Below, piece after piece: positions 27,956 to 41,224 of a stretch of DNA of 64,000 bases. The first letter of the stretch is position 1. The number at the start of each line of letters is the position of its first letter. The position numbers and the translations under genes are program-made. The stretch covers positions 10,713,186-10,777,185 of the forward strand of contig OZ199839.1 of NCBI GenBank assembly GCA_964304625.1, read 5' to 3'. Source of the DNA: Kudoa neothunni (Eukaryota > Animalia > Cnidaria). The notes below the pieces were generated by a model. That model was not told where the DNA came from and did no database searches. It worked only from the letters and a program-made list of their open reading frames with translations.

Positions 27956-28174
27956 TAGTGGGAAACCGATTTTGCAAAATCCTTTCAGGATCATAAAAAA
28001 AGTGTGTAAAATTGAGCAGCCACGTGATTTTTACATATTTTTCATCCCTTACAGTGATTTATTTAAATTAAAATTACCATTTGGTAGAATATATTTGTTT
28101 ATATAAACATCAGGAAAATTTCAAAGTTATAATAAAGTAACTTTAAAAAAATGTGAAAAATCGGTTGTCTACTG
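27956..28174. mobile_element. TA-flanked MITE
   Basis: Imperfect TIRs tagtgggaaaccgattttgca / tgtgaaaaatcggttgtctactg with TA on both sides. Confidence 0.55.
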
Positions 28175-29032
28175 TATAGGACATAATTTACTATAAATTG
28201 GTTTAAAACTAAATAAAAAAGTGACAAAATACTTTTATGTGAATCTATTTTAGTGTATTTTGACAATTTGACTATTTGATGTCACCAAAAGGGTTTCTTT
28301 AGATGTGTGGGAATTCATTTATCATATCCAGGGTTTACAAAATTATTGTATTTATTGGTGTAAAATGAGCGCCAAATTATGAGTTCTTTTTAATATTAAA
28401 TTTTGCGCAATATACTAGAATAAATAGGATAAAAAAGGAATTTTATCCTCGGAGTTTTAAGTTCGATTTTTTACAGTTTGGAGAAACATTAAACTCCAGA
28501 AAAATATTGAATTGTAATTACTTTTATCTAATTATAAGGTGATGTCTTTTCTTCCCAATAATTTAACTTATTGTTCAAAATGTGTATTTTAAGATTTAAT
28601 TAAACTAAAATTTATTAATTAAAGCTTACATTAATAAAATTTTGAATTTATTTTGAAATATAACAATAAAATATTGTAATCATCATTTGATTTTACAGTT
28701 GAAAATTCCTGTATACAAATGAGATTCTCCCACATTACTACTAATATTAGAAGCAATGGAATTGGTATATCCAAGGATATCTGGTTAAAATAGAAGAAAA
28801 CGTGTGATTTTAATCCATAGCCTGTCTGGTGCGAAGTAAATATTGAAGAAGGTAGCATAAGACAAAATTATTGCTGAAAATAGTCCCATTAAAATTGGAG
28901 ATAAATTTAACAATTTTGAAGATATAAATTGTAAATTGAGGAATTGGAATTAAATGAGATGAGCAGTTTACCTATATACCTATATCAGGATCTAAAACCA
29001 TTGAAACTGCAAAGAAGCGATGCAATAGAATA

Positions 29033-29205
29033 CCATATTTTCACGAATATAAGACAGTTCTTATATTTTTTTGGTTTAATAAGGGGCGTCAAGTTTCATA
29101 CAAAAAATCAACTCAAGAATACTATTAAGTCTAATTTTCGAGGTAGGTTTTATTTTAGATACAGCCTTAAAAATCACACCAGACTTTATTTTCGACAAAA
29201 CACGC
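29033..29205. mobile_element. Short pogo/Tigger-like MITE (same end family as 34357-36595)
   Basis: Left end ccatattttcacgaatataagacag resembles ccgtgtttcctcgaatataagacag at 34357. Right end is ctttattttcgacaaaacacg. Confidence 0.5.
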
Positions 29206-29329
29206 CATTATGAGTTTCTGTCGGAAATTTTACTCTTGATAATAATAAAATTACGAAAAATGAGTCAATATATGTAATAATATTTAATGTTTCTAGTCTA
29301 TATTAAGTAATCGCCAATGGGTTAGGCGC

Positions 29330-29525
29330 AATCATGGCTCGTACGAAATATCGTAATAAAACATAAATTAATCAATATCTAGAAAACCTAACTTATAATA
29401 TATCAACTTTATAACATAAGTAATATATAACCTTGATTTAACGTTAGAAATATTAAATTATCACCAGTTTGTGTGCATTTTATGTGTCGTAGATAATGAA
29501 TTTTCTTCATAACTACGAAGATGAT
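29330..29525. repeat. Diverged copy of the 1666-1880 MITE
   Basis: Shares aataaaacataaattaatca and colinear downstream similarity with 1673-1860. Confidence 0.7.
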
Positions 29526-30298
29526 GGATTCTATGTCAAAATATGGTGGAAAATCTTAACTCTATCCCATAGGTTGAATTAATAAAATATAAAAAAGTAA
29601 AGAATAAATCCAGCGCTAACTTTGTAAAAACGAGATCTACCTTGAATACTATTATAATGATAGTAACTAGTTGTTTTATCATTAAAACGATTGTTCTGTT
29701 TCAAATTAAGGAAAGCTCTTAAAGAGAGGAAATTTGGACATTGATCTACATGTGAAGGAGTGAATTGAACTGACGAGAGAAGAAAAGATAGAAGATTCCC
29801 AATAAATTTCCGTCAGTGAAACTAGTGAATTCCTCACAATACTTCGCAATCAACACCAGCACCTACTAATTGATTTGGACTTTATAAAAAGATTTAACAT
29901 TTCGTATAATACATTCTTTGCTGAGCCTTCAAATTTTAAATCATATTGCGTTGCAAATTACCTCGAATTTTAAACCAAACAAGTATGCTAATTGGTCAAA
30001 ATATAATCTAATTTTTAAAATTATTGTTTACATTCTGCGCTATGTTTGCTATCAACTATAGATTTTACAACTTTCGGCCACCCACCCACACTCATAATGT
30101 GACCCTCACACCCCTCCCAACCAAATCTGTCCACTACACTGCCTTATGCAAAAATAAGATCCGGTGAATCATAGGTGTAATATAAATCCCTCTCTATTCT
30201 ACATCCAACCAAAAAACGACATTAACACTCTTTAATGCGCAAAACCGAAAGAATGTAGCATGAAACAACACGACAAACTAAGAATCACTGAAACATGT

Positions 30299-30715
30299 CT
30301 ATTTGGCGTCTCTCAGACGTCTCACTGTGCTTCTAACGTTGACAGCCGCGGCAGTACTAAATTTTCAATCGTTTAGAAAAACAAATCCTCACCACATCAA
30401 TTACCTAGGGTTGTAGGCTCCACCAGCGAGAACTTTCTTACATTTTCTGCATTCCCAAATACCAACGCATGTTCTTTTCATAGATTTCTATCATAAATGA
30501 GTCAATAAAGACGCTCACATTCGTGAAACAAACCTTCCCACAAAAATGGCACATATGAGATGAATGTTGTTGTATCTCGATAGATTTAATACATTTTCTC
30601 AGTGAGGAACCATAACGTGTTCCGTATTTTCCAGTGATTCCTGCCTTTTTAGTTCTCTTAGCCTAAATGCGAGCAACAAAATCAGACTGTGGGAAACACG
30701 CCTCAAACTCACCAT
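30299..30715 (-). CDS. RPL37A: 60S ribosomal protein L37a (eL43), 4 exons, first coding exon ATG only
   Basis: M|[43 protein letters not shown]|[28 protein letters not shown]|[18 protein letters not shown]. Contains the C4 zinc ribbon. Confidence 0.97.
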
Positions 30716-31092
30716 TGGAATAAAACCACGAGTAGTGCACGAAGGTGTTCGGAAACGTTTTCCGAAGTGACATCGGTCAGACTAGTTGCTTATCAATTTT
30801 CGAAACAAACATATTATGTACAATGTATTTATCGATGAATGTTTAATTATTTTTCCGCTTTCATCCAACATATATGGATATAGATTTGTCGTTTGATACA
30901 AATCGGAGTTGTAAAATTGAAAGAAATCATTAACATACTAATTTAAATACTATCTGATACAACCTATCGATTTATTGCATTTATTAATGTTGTTATTATT
31001 ATTATTCAAAAAACGCAAAATATAGATAAAGTCGGCATATGAAGTAAATAAGTCAATATGATGTCCGCGCATTTCAACAATAAATCCCAGCC

Positions 31093-32687
31093 ATGGACCC
31101 TAGACTTAAAAAGTTAAAAATTAAGGCCGATTCAGTTTCACGGTTTGTCTTGGAATTTTTTATAATCTATAAACAATGTCGATAGTTTGAGAAAAGAGTT
31201 GAATTATTACAATAAAGAAAATGGTGATTTACAAGCCAAACTTCAATCACAACAACAAGACACATCGATCGACCCATATGATATAATTATTACGGTAGGT
31301 ATACGAGAATAAAAACAAATACAGCCAAATCCTCCTTACAATATTTCAATTTTTTAATATCTTAATAATTCAATTTCAATATTTTAATATTTTAATGATA
31401 TAGGAACGATTAATCACTGAATCGAATGATACGATTTCTGCTGTAAATGTTAAATTCCGATGTGCAGTGGAAGATCTTGGAGTGACGCTTGTAATGAAGC
31501 TTTTTTATTTTGATTGTTTTTTGATTATTGCCATGTATAGGAGGAATACGAAAGTGATTTGAAAGAGGAGGATTGTTATATTAATTCACAAAAAGTTCAC
31601 GATGAAGCCCTACCCTACGTTGTGTAGACAATAGAAGTCTGCGGTTGTGGTGGCTTTTGTTTTTACTATCAAATATTTGAAATTAAATTGTTTGATAAGC
31701 TGATTAATTGTCGTATTTTTATCATTCGGAATAGTTTTTTATCACATAGAGTTTATATATTTTCTCGTTTCGTCTGCATAGAATCGCTTACGAAATTCCC
31801 TATTGTGTTACTTTCATTTTTTGAATGGTTCAATAACACCAAATCGAAACCAATATATATATATTTAATTTATTGTAATTGTTTCCATCCAATCCAATCC
31901 AATTGAATTTAATCTAATCTAATCGATTTGAGAAAACGTTGATGAAGTAAATTGAAACAATTTTGTTTTGGATAGACCCTATCAACACTATAGACACTTG
32001 ATTGTTCAATATATCGGCATTCCGAAATATTAAGATTGATTTTATAATTACAAAATATTCCTCATTCCCATATACAAATAAAACGTTTATAACTGGACAC
32101 AATTCCCAATGTATAACACTTATGTGTTAGTTGAGTTTAAAATCAAAAAATTATAGTTGATACCTGTTCGCGCATGTGTAGGGTTATGGAGGAATCCGAT
32201 GAGTGGAAAGTAACATTTCTACGAAAGTTAGGCACACTAAGATGGTAATGTGTGAAACCTACCTATTTGCAATGATGTGCTTATACTGTCGATCCCTAGG
32301 TATAAACGAGAAAGAGATCTCCATTCAAAATTATGCCCAACAAATCAAGATCATCATATGATTCTATTAAAATCTCACTCAGTAGAATACTACAATTTGT
32401 TGATAAACATAAAACTGATGTGAATATGATAATATAGCAAAGAGAAATAGAAATGGCAATTTCGGTTGTTAAACTCACAGATGTGAAACTGAGAATATTA
32501 GTGATTAGTTTGAAAGGTTTTTTGGTAGATGAATTGAGTTGGTGAAGGCTGTGGTTGATTTCGATTTTAGAAACAATGCCCTCAGTCTATTTATGGAATG
32601 AAAGAATACAGGGAAGCGATGTCAGATCTAATTGAAATACAAACTCTCATTGATACCCCTAAAAAACACACGAAACTAAGAAAGTAG
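31093..32687 (+). CDS. TBCA: Tubulin-specific chaperone A (exons 31093-31142, 31186-31294, 31404-31490, 32571-32687)
   Basis: MDPRLKKLKIKADSVSRLRKELNYYNKE..DPYDI..ESNDTI..AVEDL..KEYREA matches the TBCA pattern (MADPRVRQIKIKTGVVKRLVKE..YDIKKQ..EEYKEA). All splices are GT-AG and in frame. Confidence 0.85.
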
Positions 32688-33564
32688 ATGGTTGGACGTT
32701 TCCGATTAAGTGTAGTTGTGTTGGGGTTAGAGGTTAAATGATTTTTATTATGTACAATTTTTTCGTATTTTTTTTTCTTTCTTTTCTGTGTTTTTAACAA
32801 TCACATACAAATAACAACCTGTGATCGATCATTAATGATAAGTTTGCTTTATTTCAGCATTAAAATAGCTCAATAATAAAGAATAACCAATCGTTATTAG
32901 GTATGATTTTTATTTTATTTGAATCAATTGTTAAATAATATTGTATCTTATGTTTTAATCTTTTTATTTTCAAATAATTATCTCATCCAAAATCGTTATG
33001 TTAAATAATGATGAATTTTTAATTCATTACAAGCTACCGTGAGATAACAATGTTTTCGGTATGCTTATTAATCTAAACATATTGAATTAATACAGTTCAT
33101 TTATATCCAATAGTTGTCTTTTAAATACATTACAATATGCTTTTTACGTAAGTAATAAAGTGCATTTCAGCGATGTTAATGACAACACTGAAATGCAACA
33201 GTAATCTCCGATAAATATGATTAATCTTAAAATTATGATTATTTATGAATTAGTAAATGTAAAAATAACGAAACTTATGTGGGAAATAAGGGGGAGCCTA
33301 AAATAAATAATAAATAGGATTATAACCCTTCTATGTATAACTTTTTTATATCTAGTCTTAAGATCATATATTACGTAAAAATGGTGATTTGCAACGATTT
33401 AAAAAGCTAAGGTGTTAAAACATTTTTTCTCAGTCATTATCATCAAATTACAGAAAGAAATGAAAATCTCCAGTGTATGCTTTTTAACCACTAAAAAGTT
33501 AACGTTTAATTTAAAATTCAATGAAAATTTATTTTATTCCTGATTTGTAAACAACAGCTAAATA

Positions 33565-33925
33565 CAGTCGAAACTTGCGATATCCGAATGATTTTTTAAA
33601 ATTTATTCCAATTTCATTTTCATGGAAATGATCTTTTTTGATAGATATCTCAAAAACCTCGTTCTTTTCGTTTAAAACAGTAAACCGTCAGAATTATAAT
33701 TTTCCCTCGTTTCCAATAGAACAATTTGATCTACGTGGTTTGGCCGAAAAATGCGTATTATGCTAGTCACGTGATACAACAGATTGGTAATTTCCTAGTT
33801 CAGTTCAAAAATATTCTTAAGATTTTTATCTTTTAACAATCAAAATAATATTATAAAACTTTTGACCTAATATAAACTTTGAATACGTCATATAGATGAA
33901 AGTGTGTATTATCGGTTTCCAAGTG
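33565..33925. mobile_element. TA-flanked MITE; second copy at ~53130-53470
   Basis: Colinear similarity between copies (ttttcatggaaat..gatagatatctcaaaaa..tttccctcgtttccaa..atgctagtcacgtgata..ttttgacctaatataaac..tattatcggtt). Confidence 0.75.
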
Positions 33926-34356
33926 TATATACAAAAATTTATGAACTAAGACAAATTATATTTTAACAAATATCTTGTTCGGTTTATTTTATGATTACGC
34001 ATAAAAATAAATTACAAGGTTTAAATTGTCGTTGTTTCAAATTTAGTAATTAAATATTTTAGTGTTTAATTCATTAAATTATTTTGGAGAAAATATTCAT
34101 AATATAACCCTATGGAGGTGCAAATTTTTATTTAAATTTTAAATGAACATTGAGAATGAGAGTGTTCATATAAAATAGCGACATTCCGAAATAAGGCGTT
34201 TTCATTTCTTAATTGCATTTTGGAATCCTTAAAAAAGTATCAATAATAATTGTAATGACTAAATATATCATAGAATATGCGGGAATATGGTATTAAGTGT
34301 TTATGTCGGCTTCAATAAAATTATTTCAACGAAAAGAAGAAATGCTATGATGAACA

Positions 34357-36595
34357 CCGTGTTTCCTCGAATATAAGACAGGTTCTATATTTTTTTGATT
34401 TAATACAGGCCATTTGGTTTTAGTTGTGGGGACACGCCTTATATTTAATTTATAACTATTTCTCTTCGTTTTCAGTTTTATTTTTGTTTATTTATCGACG
34501 CGAGCTTGGCACCTTTACTTGAAATAAATTTTGAAAAATTCCCCAAAGAACGTTTCGTATAAAATGTTTATAGTGGAAACCCCCTCGATTACGATAATAG
34601 AAACAAAAGTTTTCACAATTTTTCTATCTCTAAAAAAATAACTGGCAGAGAAATGTCTCGAAGAAGGTTTTTAACGAAATATGTTTATTTTACTTTATTT
34701 GCTAATAAATTATATTTTGTTGTACTGATAATTTCATTTGCAAACATTAACAAGCCAGAGCATTTTACACCCTCTCTAAGCCGGTCTATTCAACATGAAA
34801 ACTATCAATTATTCGGATGATATCGAATGTTCCTGGAAAATAAACGTCAAAAAATTTTAAAAACTTTAACAATTAAAATCAATGAACATCAATTTGACCG
34901 AAAATGGCAACCCCTATTAAACAGACAAAAATTCCGATGAACTATTTAGCTCATATAACAGAATTAAAAAAAGATTTTTATCTGAATATACAAAATAATA
35001 TTTCTATTTAAGGAAATATGATGTAGAACTTATAATTCGACGAGTATTTTTCATCTCTTTTTAAAAAATGAAGATAAAATCACAATCATATCCCAAACTC
35101 TACGTGTTTACTAAGTATTTACATTTAAATTTTCTATTATAAATAACTATCCTAGAAAGTTAAACTGTTAGAGATATTATATTGAATTATTCTGAGAATA
35201 TCCAGGTTTTCAGTATTTCACTAGGTCTTATACCAGGGTTGGTCAGACTTGCTTAACCCTTTGAACCTCGAATTTAATTAAGCGGTAGCAAATTTTTTTT
35301 TTCCAAATAAGTTTAATTTTAAATAACTTTATATAAAATATCAAAAAATTGAAGCTATCATTTCAAAAATTAAAAAGATATACACATGGCGCCAAATGGT
35401 AACATTGGGGCGGCGTTTATTTCAATATACAGGAGTGTGAGTGTGCATGCGTCCGTTTTTATGTTACTTTGCTTCTAATCGAAAAATTACTCTTCCACCG
35501 TCAGAAACAAAATATTAAATTATTTATTATGATTTCGACAGTCCAGAAAGCATTTTCTGTTTTTATTGAGATACAAATAAACTAATGCAAATATGTTCAA
35601 ATAATCTATCATTGAAGAATCGGTTGAAATAAGTGAAACGTTCAAATATAATATCATCAACTTGTTTATGAATATTAGTTGTTTCAATATCATTGTTTAT
35701 TAAATTATTCACGTTCATTGTCTGATTTGTGCCCAACTGGTAATAATATGATTTTCTAAGAGTCTATTCTGCGTATTCCTTTCTCCAATCTAGTCAAAAT
35801 CCATTCTAAGGAATATAAACACATTTAAATCGAGGACCGAACGTTGCTGTGTGACAACGCTCGCTATATCCCCTGACCCAATGTTGCTAAATGGCAACAT
35901 GGATTAATCAGTCCCCATAGTATACATATCAAGAGATATTTTCTTCTTGGATTCATTTTTAGAATAAACTTATTTAATAGTATATGTGTACATTTTTTAA
36001 TTTTACTGAAACCTCCAAATTCTAGGTTCAATTGCATGATACTTTTAGCCTTTTTTATATTGGCCGTAGAGCTAAGATATTCATCTGTATTGCTCTTGAT
36101 ATAAAACAAAAAAATTTTCGTAATTCATTTTTATAAAATCAAATAAACATTAACTATATTCTTATAATAAAGATGGATTAAAAGAATGTAATGAAATGGT
36201 TAAAACACTCACCGAATTAAAATGCTGCCGTTTGGCAATATTGATATTGGGGTTTTAATGAACATCAAATATTTCGGAGTCACTAGGAGTAAAAATTATA
36301 TTTATATTTTGTCTAAAAGTTTTCATTAATAATGAATTAATGTTAAATTCATGCATTCTTATTCAGAATAACTGCATGATCCCATGACTTTCAAAGTATC
36401 CAAATAATTTTAAGAGCAAAATTTAATGGAACGATAAGCCAAGTCTAAATTTTTCAAGAGCCGCGCTTCAACTTCCAAGAGCCATATGCGGCTCGCGAGC
36501 AGGGGTTTGGCCATCCCTGTCTCATACTAAAAACAAGCTCAAGAATACCGTTAAATCTTATATTGATGGTAGGTATTATAATCGAGGAGACACGA
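34357..36595. mobile_element. pogo/Tigger-like element expanded by nested insertions
   Basis: TIRs ccgtgtttcctcgaatataa / ttataatcgaggagacacga, followed by TA on the right. Confidence 0.65.
35234..36519. mobile_element. hAT-type element nested in 34357-36595, itself containing piggyBac-like MITE fragments
   Basis: TIRs cagggttggtcagac / gtttggccatccctg with 8-bp TSD tcttatac / tctcatac. Internal ttaa-ccct end at ~35253, and (c)atggc.cca.atgg.aacatt motifs also seen at ~22241-22280. Confidence 0.72.
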
Positions 36596-37086
36596 TATTG
36601 TTGCCAATTTAATCGTAGTAGTTTTTAGAGATGAAAGAAAATTTGTATCAAAATAAATTATTTTCCATGAAACTAATTAAGATGAGTTTAGCGGATAACG
36701 TTGCAAGTGTGTAAGAGAAATTTCCAAGTATTCCCAAACAAAGTCTACCTGAAGGCATGATTATTATTGACGAGGTCGGTGTTTTTAAAAATTAACACAA
36801 ACATTTTACTAACTTTGAGATTATTTTATGAATTTTATCATGAAAAGCCGCTTAACTGGCCAATGGAAGGTCAGTATTTTAAGCCCACATTCTGTCAAAT
36901 TTGGCATAAAAACAAAAACTGACCATGATTATGTTTAACAGTTAATTGGCTTATTATTTCATATCACTCCTACATGGATGTATATATGAATAAAGAAAAC
37001 TTCAACTTTATTATCCTTTAGAATTATGAAGAAAGAGAGCTCATGAAGTGTTTAGTTAGATTTCAGGATTCATCCAATATACAATC

Positions 37087-38343
37087 CAACAGGGCTCGTA
37101 CGTAATGAAATGAGTCGGGGAATGGAGTCTCATTACGTAGAACCACTGCATCATGCACGAGCCCTGTACGCGCAAGTGTACTGGTGTTTTTTCTGAAAAT
37201 TTTATTCTACTTTAATCATTGCTTTATGAATACTTAACTGAAATAAAATAATTTTTACATTGAGCGAGTCGATAATGTATTCGTGATCTAGAAAAATTCT
37301 AAAGGAATTATGTAATCGCGAAAAATACAAATAAATGGTAACAACTATTTTTATGCAATAAAATGTATGTATATTGTTTCTCATATGTTCGACTGTAGTA
37401 TCTCACTACGAATTCACGTTATCCGATTTTTATAAATATTTTAAAAAAATCAAATTTTTTGTGTCGTTCTTGAATCGATTATAATACTGTGAACTTGCTT
37501 TCCGACATCCAAAATACCTTTAACTCGGGTTCGAATTTGTTTGCTTTAATAACTTAAATAGATCTACTTAATATTCGATAGCTTGATTTATTGAACTAGA
37601 TGGATTCACAATTTCCGACTAATCTTTATCATCTGTTTCATTGTTTTCCACATCTTCAATTATTTTAAACATATGTTTAAAACATTCCCAGGAGACCGAC
37701 CACTTTTCATGAAAATCATAAGTTTCTCATTCCATTCTGAGACTTTTCCAGCAGGAAAGCTTCCCGCCTCAACATGAAACGTAACATTTTTAATTTAACC
37801 TGGTCTTTAAATCCTTTAAACCTTCTACAGTTAAAAAGATCGTTTTTATTGTTGCATTCCTTTGTAGTGAATCTTCTCTCCATTCTAATGGTATTTTCAG
37901 TGTAGATAAACCATCATTCATTCTTACCTAACATATCCATTTATAGATTTAATTCTCAACGTCACAATTGACATCTTATTTAAAAATTACATCTCTTATT
38001 AGAATCCCATTCAATATTGACCTTCTTTTCAGGCCATACTTACCTGTGGTCATTTTTTTAAATTTTTCAACCCGTTTACTAAATCGTAACATTGAATTAT
38101 TTTATATTTCTAAGAAAAGTTTTGGTAATTTCGCGGTTAGATAGATTTTATTATTTCTGCGATTACGCACGAAGCATGCAAAATGTACTTTCAGGTACAA
38201 TTTCCATTATGTACGAGCCATGTTTTGATTTATTTTTTTAATTTATCTCATAGTTAAGAGTATTATCTTTACAATAAGTAAGAATTAGAAAATTCAAATT
38301 TAGTTTTGTGTAAAAAAGTGGCGATTACGTACGACACCTGTTG
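37087..38343 (-). mobile_element. Decayed pogo/Tigger-like element directly upstream of STT3
   Basis: TIRs caacagggctcgtacgtaat / attacgtacgacacctgttg. The same motif recurs subterminally (~37150, 38161, 38206). The interior is stop-ridden, with only weak transposase-like text. Confidence 0.55.
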
Positions 38344-38482
38344 CACCGTATATTGATTAGAAAATATATTGACGAGAGGATACTAACGACAAAAAGCACA
38401 CAAAGTTAGGGGTAATATTGTTCGAAAAAAATTAAAATAAAATCGCAACAACTTGCAATTATTGGCGTGCGCAGTTTTGAAG

Positions 38483-41224
38483 ATGACTCAGGAGGAGTGC
38501 TCAGCCTCATATTTGGCAGCGGTGAATCATCTGAAGAAGAATGGTGAAAGCCCGTTTGAATTTGTTCGTAGAAAACTACGAAAAAAGAAGCTTATCAACA
38601 CGTACAACTATCGACTGAAGAGTGCGTCAGTGTATGTGATACTTGGTATTGCATGCGTAATGGCTTTCATGAATCGTCAATATTCTGTATTGAAATTCGA
38701 ATCGATTATACACGAATTTGATCCATGGTATTTTTGATTCGAATCTATGATGGATGGTCACTCTCGTTAATCCTCTACTAATCACAACACTTCTTAATAA
38801 TCATAATAATTAATATTTTTATTACGTTTTATCTAGGTTCAATTATCGTTCCACTAAATTCTATGTCGAAAATGGATTCTATGAGTTTTTGAATTGGTTG
38901 GATGACACAGCCTGGTATCCACTTGGAAGGATTGTTGGTGAGACTGTGTTTCCTGGACTAATGTACACCTCTGGAGTGATTTATCACACACTTCATTTTA
39001 TCGGCATACCCATCCACATACGAGATGTTTGTGTATTTTTAGCTCCAATTTTTAGGTAGGTTCTTTACTTTTCCTCGTCGTTGTTACAATATATTTTAAT
39101 TTCTAATTAGTTCCCTCACCGTTATCGCAATGTATTTTTTCACCAATGAATTGTGGAACGTTCGCTCGGCTTTGATTGCTTCTATGTTTATTTCGATTGG
39201 TATGTTATTTGTTGCTTCAATTTGATTGTGCTATGGTTTGTTTAATTGTGGTTTAGCTCCAGGTTACATAAGCAGATCCGTAGCTGGTTCCTATGACAAT
39301 GAAGGACTAGCCATATTCTTATTGGTATTCACATTCTATTTGTGGCTGAAGGCATACAAAACCGGATCACTCATGTGGTCAATGATGGACCACATTTTTC
39401 TATTGGTATATGGTGGCAGCCTTGGGGTGGATACGTGTTTATAATCAATATGATTCCTTTGCATGTGTTTGTGTTGATATTAATGGGAAAAATACACCAC
39501 CAACATGTACATTTCGTACTGTTTCGTTCTACATCCTTGGTTTGATATTATCGATGCAGATTCCTTTTGTTGGCACTAATGCCTTGTTTTCCAGTGAGCA
39601 TCTTCCATCGTTAGGTATACTTTGAAGCACTTCCCACGTTTGGTATGACTATTGAACGATTGATTGTGTTGTGTTATAGGAGTTTTTGGATTGCTTTCAA
39701 TTGGTCGCATTTACTGATTACATGAAATCTCTGATGAAACCCGATCATTTTTAAGTTTTTTCCTGCGTTACGTAGTGAGTGCTGTGGGTGTGCTGGGTTT
39801 AGGAGTGTTGGGTGTACTCGAGTACACAGGTGTTATCAGCCCATTGACAGGAAGATTCTATTCGTTGTTTGATACCAACTTACGCTCAGATTCATATCCC
39901 CCATTATTTCATCGGTGGCCGAGCATCAACCACCTCATGGACCACCTACATTCTAGATCTACATTTCATGGCGTTTGCAATGATTTACGGTGTCTATCTG
40001 TGTATTGAGAAAAAACAATGAAGTGAGAGTTTTTGCTATTTTGTATGCGTTGTTCGCCAGCTACTTCTCCGGGGTTATGGTTCGATTGATGCTCACTCTC
40101 ACACCTATAGTTTGTGTGTTGGCTTGCCGTCGCTGTTTTCCTATTCGATAGACGGCAATGGTGTCGTTTGGAATCCAACACCAAAACGAATACCAATTTC
40201 CGATGAGTTGTATGTGGACACCAGCGAAAGTTCACCTCAAACTCCTAAACCTAAAAACTCCCCGGCGAAACATCAACACCAGCGGAACAGCCGTCTCATC
40301 GTAGGGCTGTTCGTAGCAAAAAATCGCCTATTTCCCATCTCTAAACGAATGGTTGGTGGTTGTAGGAATAGTTGTGATTTCATTGCTTCTATTGCACTAT
40401 GTTCCACACTGTATTTGGATGGCTCGTTACCACTACTTCCAGTCCATCGGTCGTACTTGCCGTCGATCGACCTGATGGTTCTATGCTTATTTCTCGATGA
40501 CTTCAGAGAGGCTTACTATTGGCTGAATAGAAACACCAAACCCGACGCGAGAATCCTATCCTGGTGGGACTACGGTTATCAAATCGCCGGATTCTCCAAC
40601 AGAACCACTCTTGTTGACAACAACACCTGGAACAACACTCATATCGCCACTGTTGGCAGAGCACTAGCCTCCAATGAAACTGAGGCGTACAAAATTCTTC
40701 AAAAAATTGGACGTGGATTATGTGCTGAATCATTTTCGGTGGAAGAGTTGGCTATAGCGGTGATGATATCAACAAATTCCTTTGGATGGTTCGTATTGCA
40801 CAAGGAGTTTTTCCCAGATGACATTCAATGAATCCAACTATATTTCCAATCATGGCTATATGATGGGTCCGGACAGCTACCAAAATCATGAAGGATAGCA
40901 TCATGTACAAGAACCTCCTACTATGGGCTTTGGGAATCATCGGGTAACTTATTTTCAAATCCACTCATTAGTTCTAATAATAAATTTGTTTGGTGTGCAC
41001 CACATAAAATAACAGAATGGTGATTTATGATGTGGCGCGAAAGATAAATATCGGAAAAGAATCCATCAAACTTGAAACCTTAGAAGAAGCTTTCACCAGC
41101 TTAAACTGGCTAGTTCGTATCTACAAGTAAATAGAATTATTTGATACAGTAATCTTTCAGAAATTGACAATTGAATTCTAGAGTAAAAGATTTCGAAAAT
41201 CGACAAAACTTTCGGAAGAAATAA
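38483..41224 (+). CDS. STT3: Oligosaccharyltransferase catalytic subunit STT3, multi-exon, frameshifted in this assembly
   Basis: Motifs [74 protein letters not shown] and [18 protein letters not shown]. Confidence 0.95.

Noticed and set aside
39380-41020. Alternative genetic code or programmed frameshifting
   Set aside because: The intact genes here translate with the standard code and use TAA, TAG and TGA as stops. The STT3 breaks are irregular indels.
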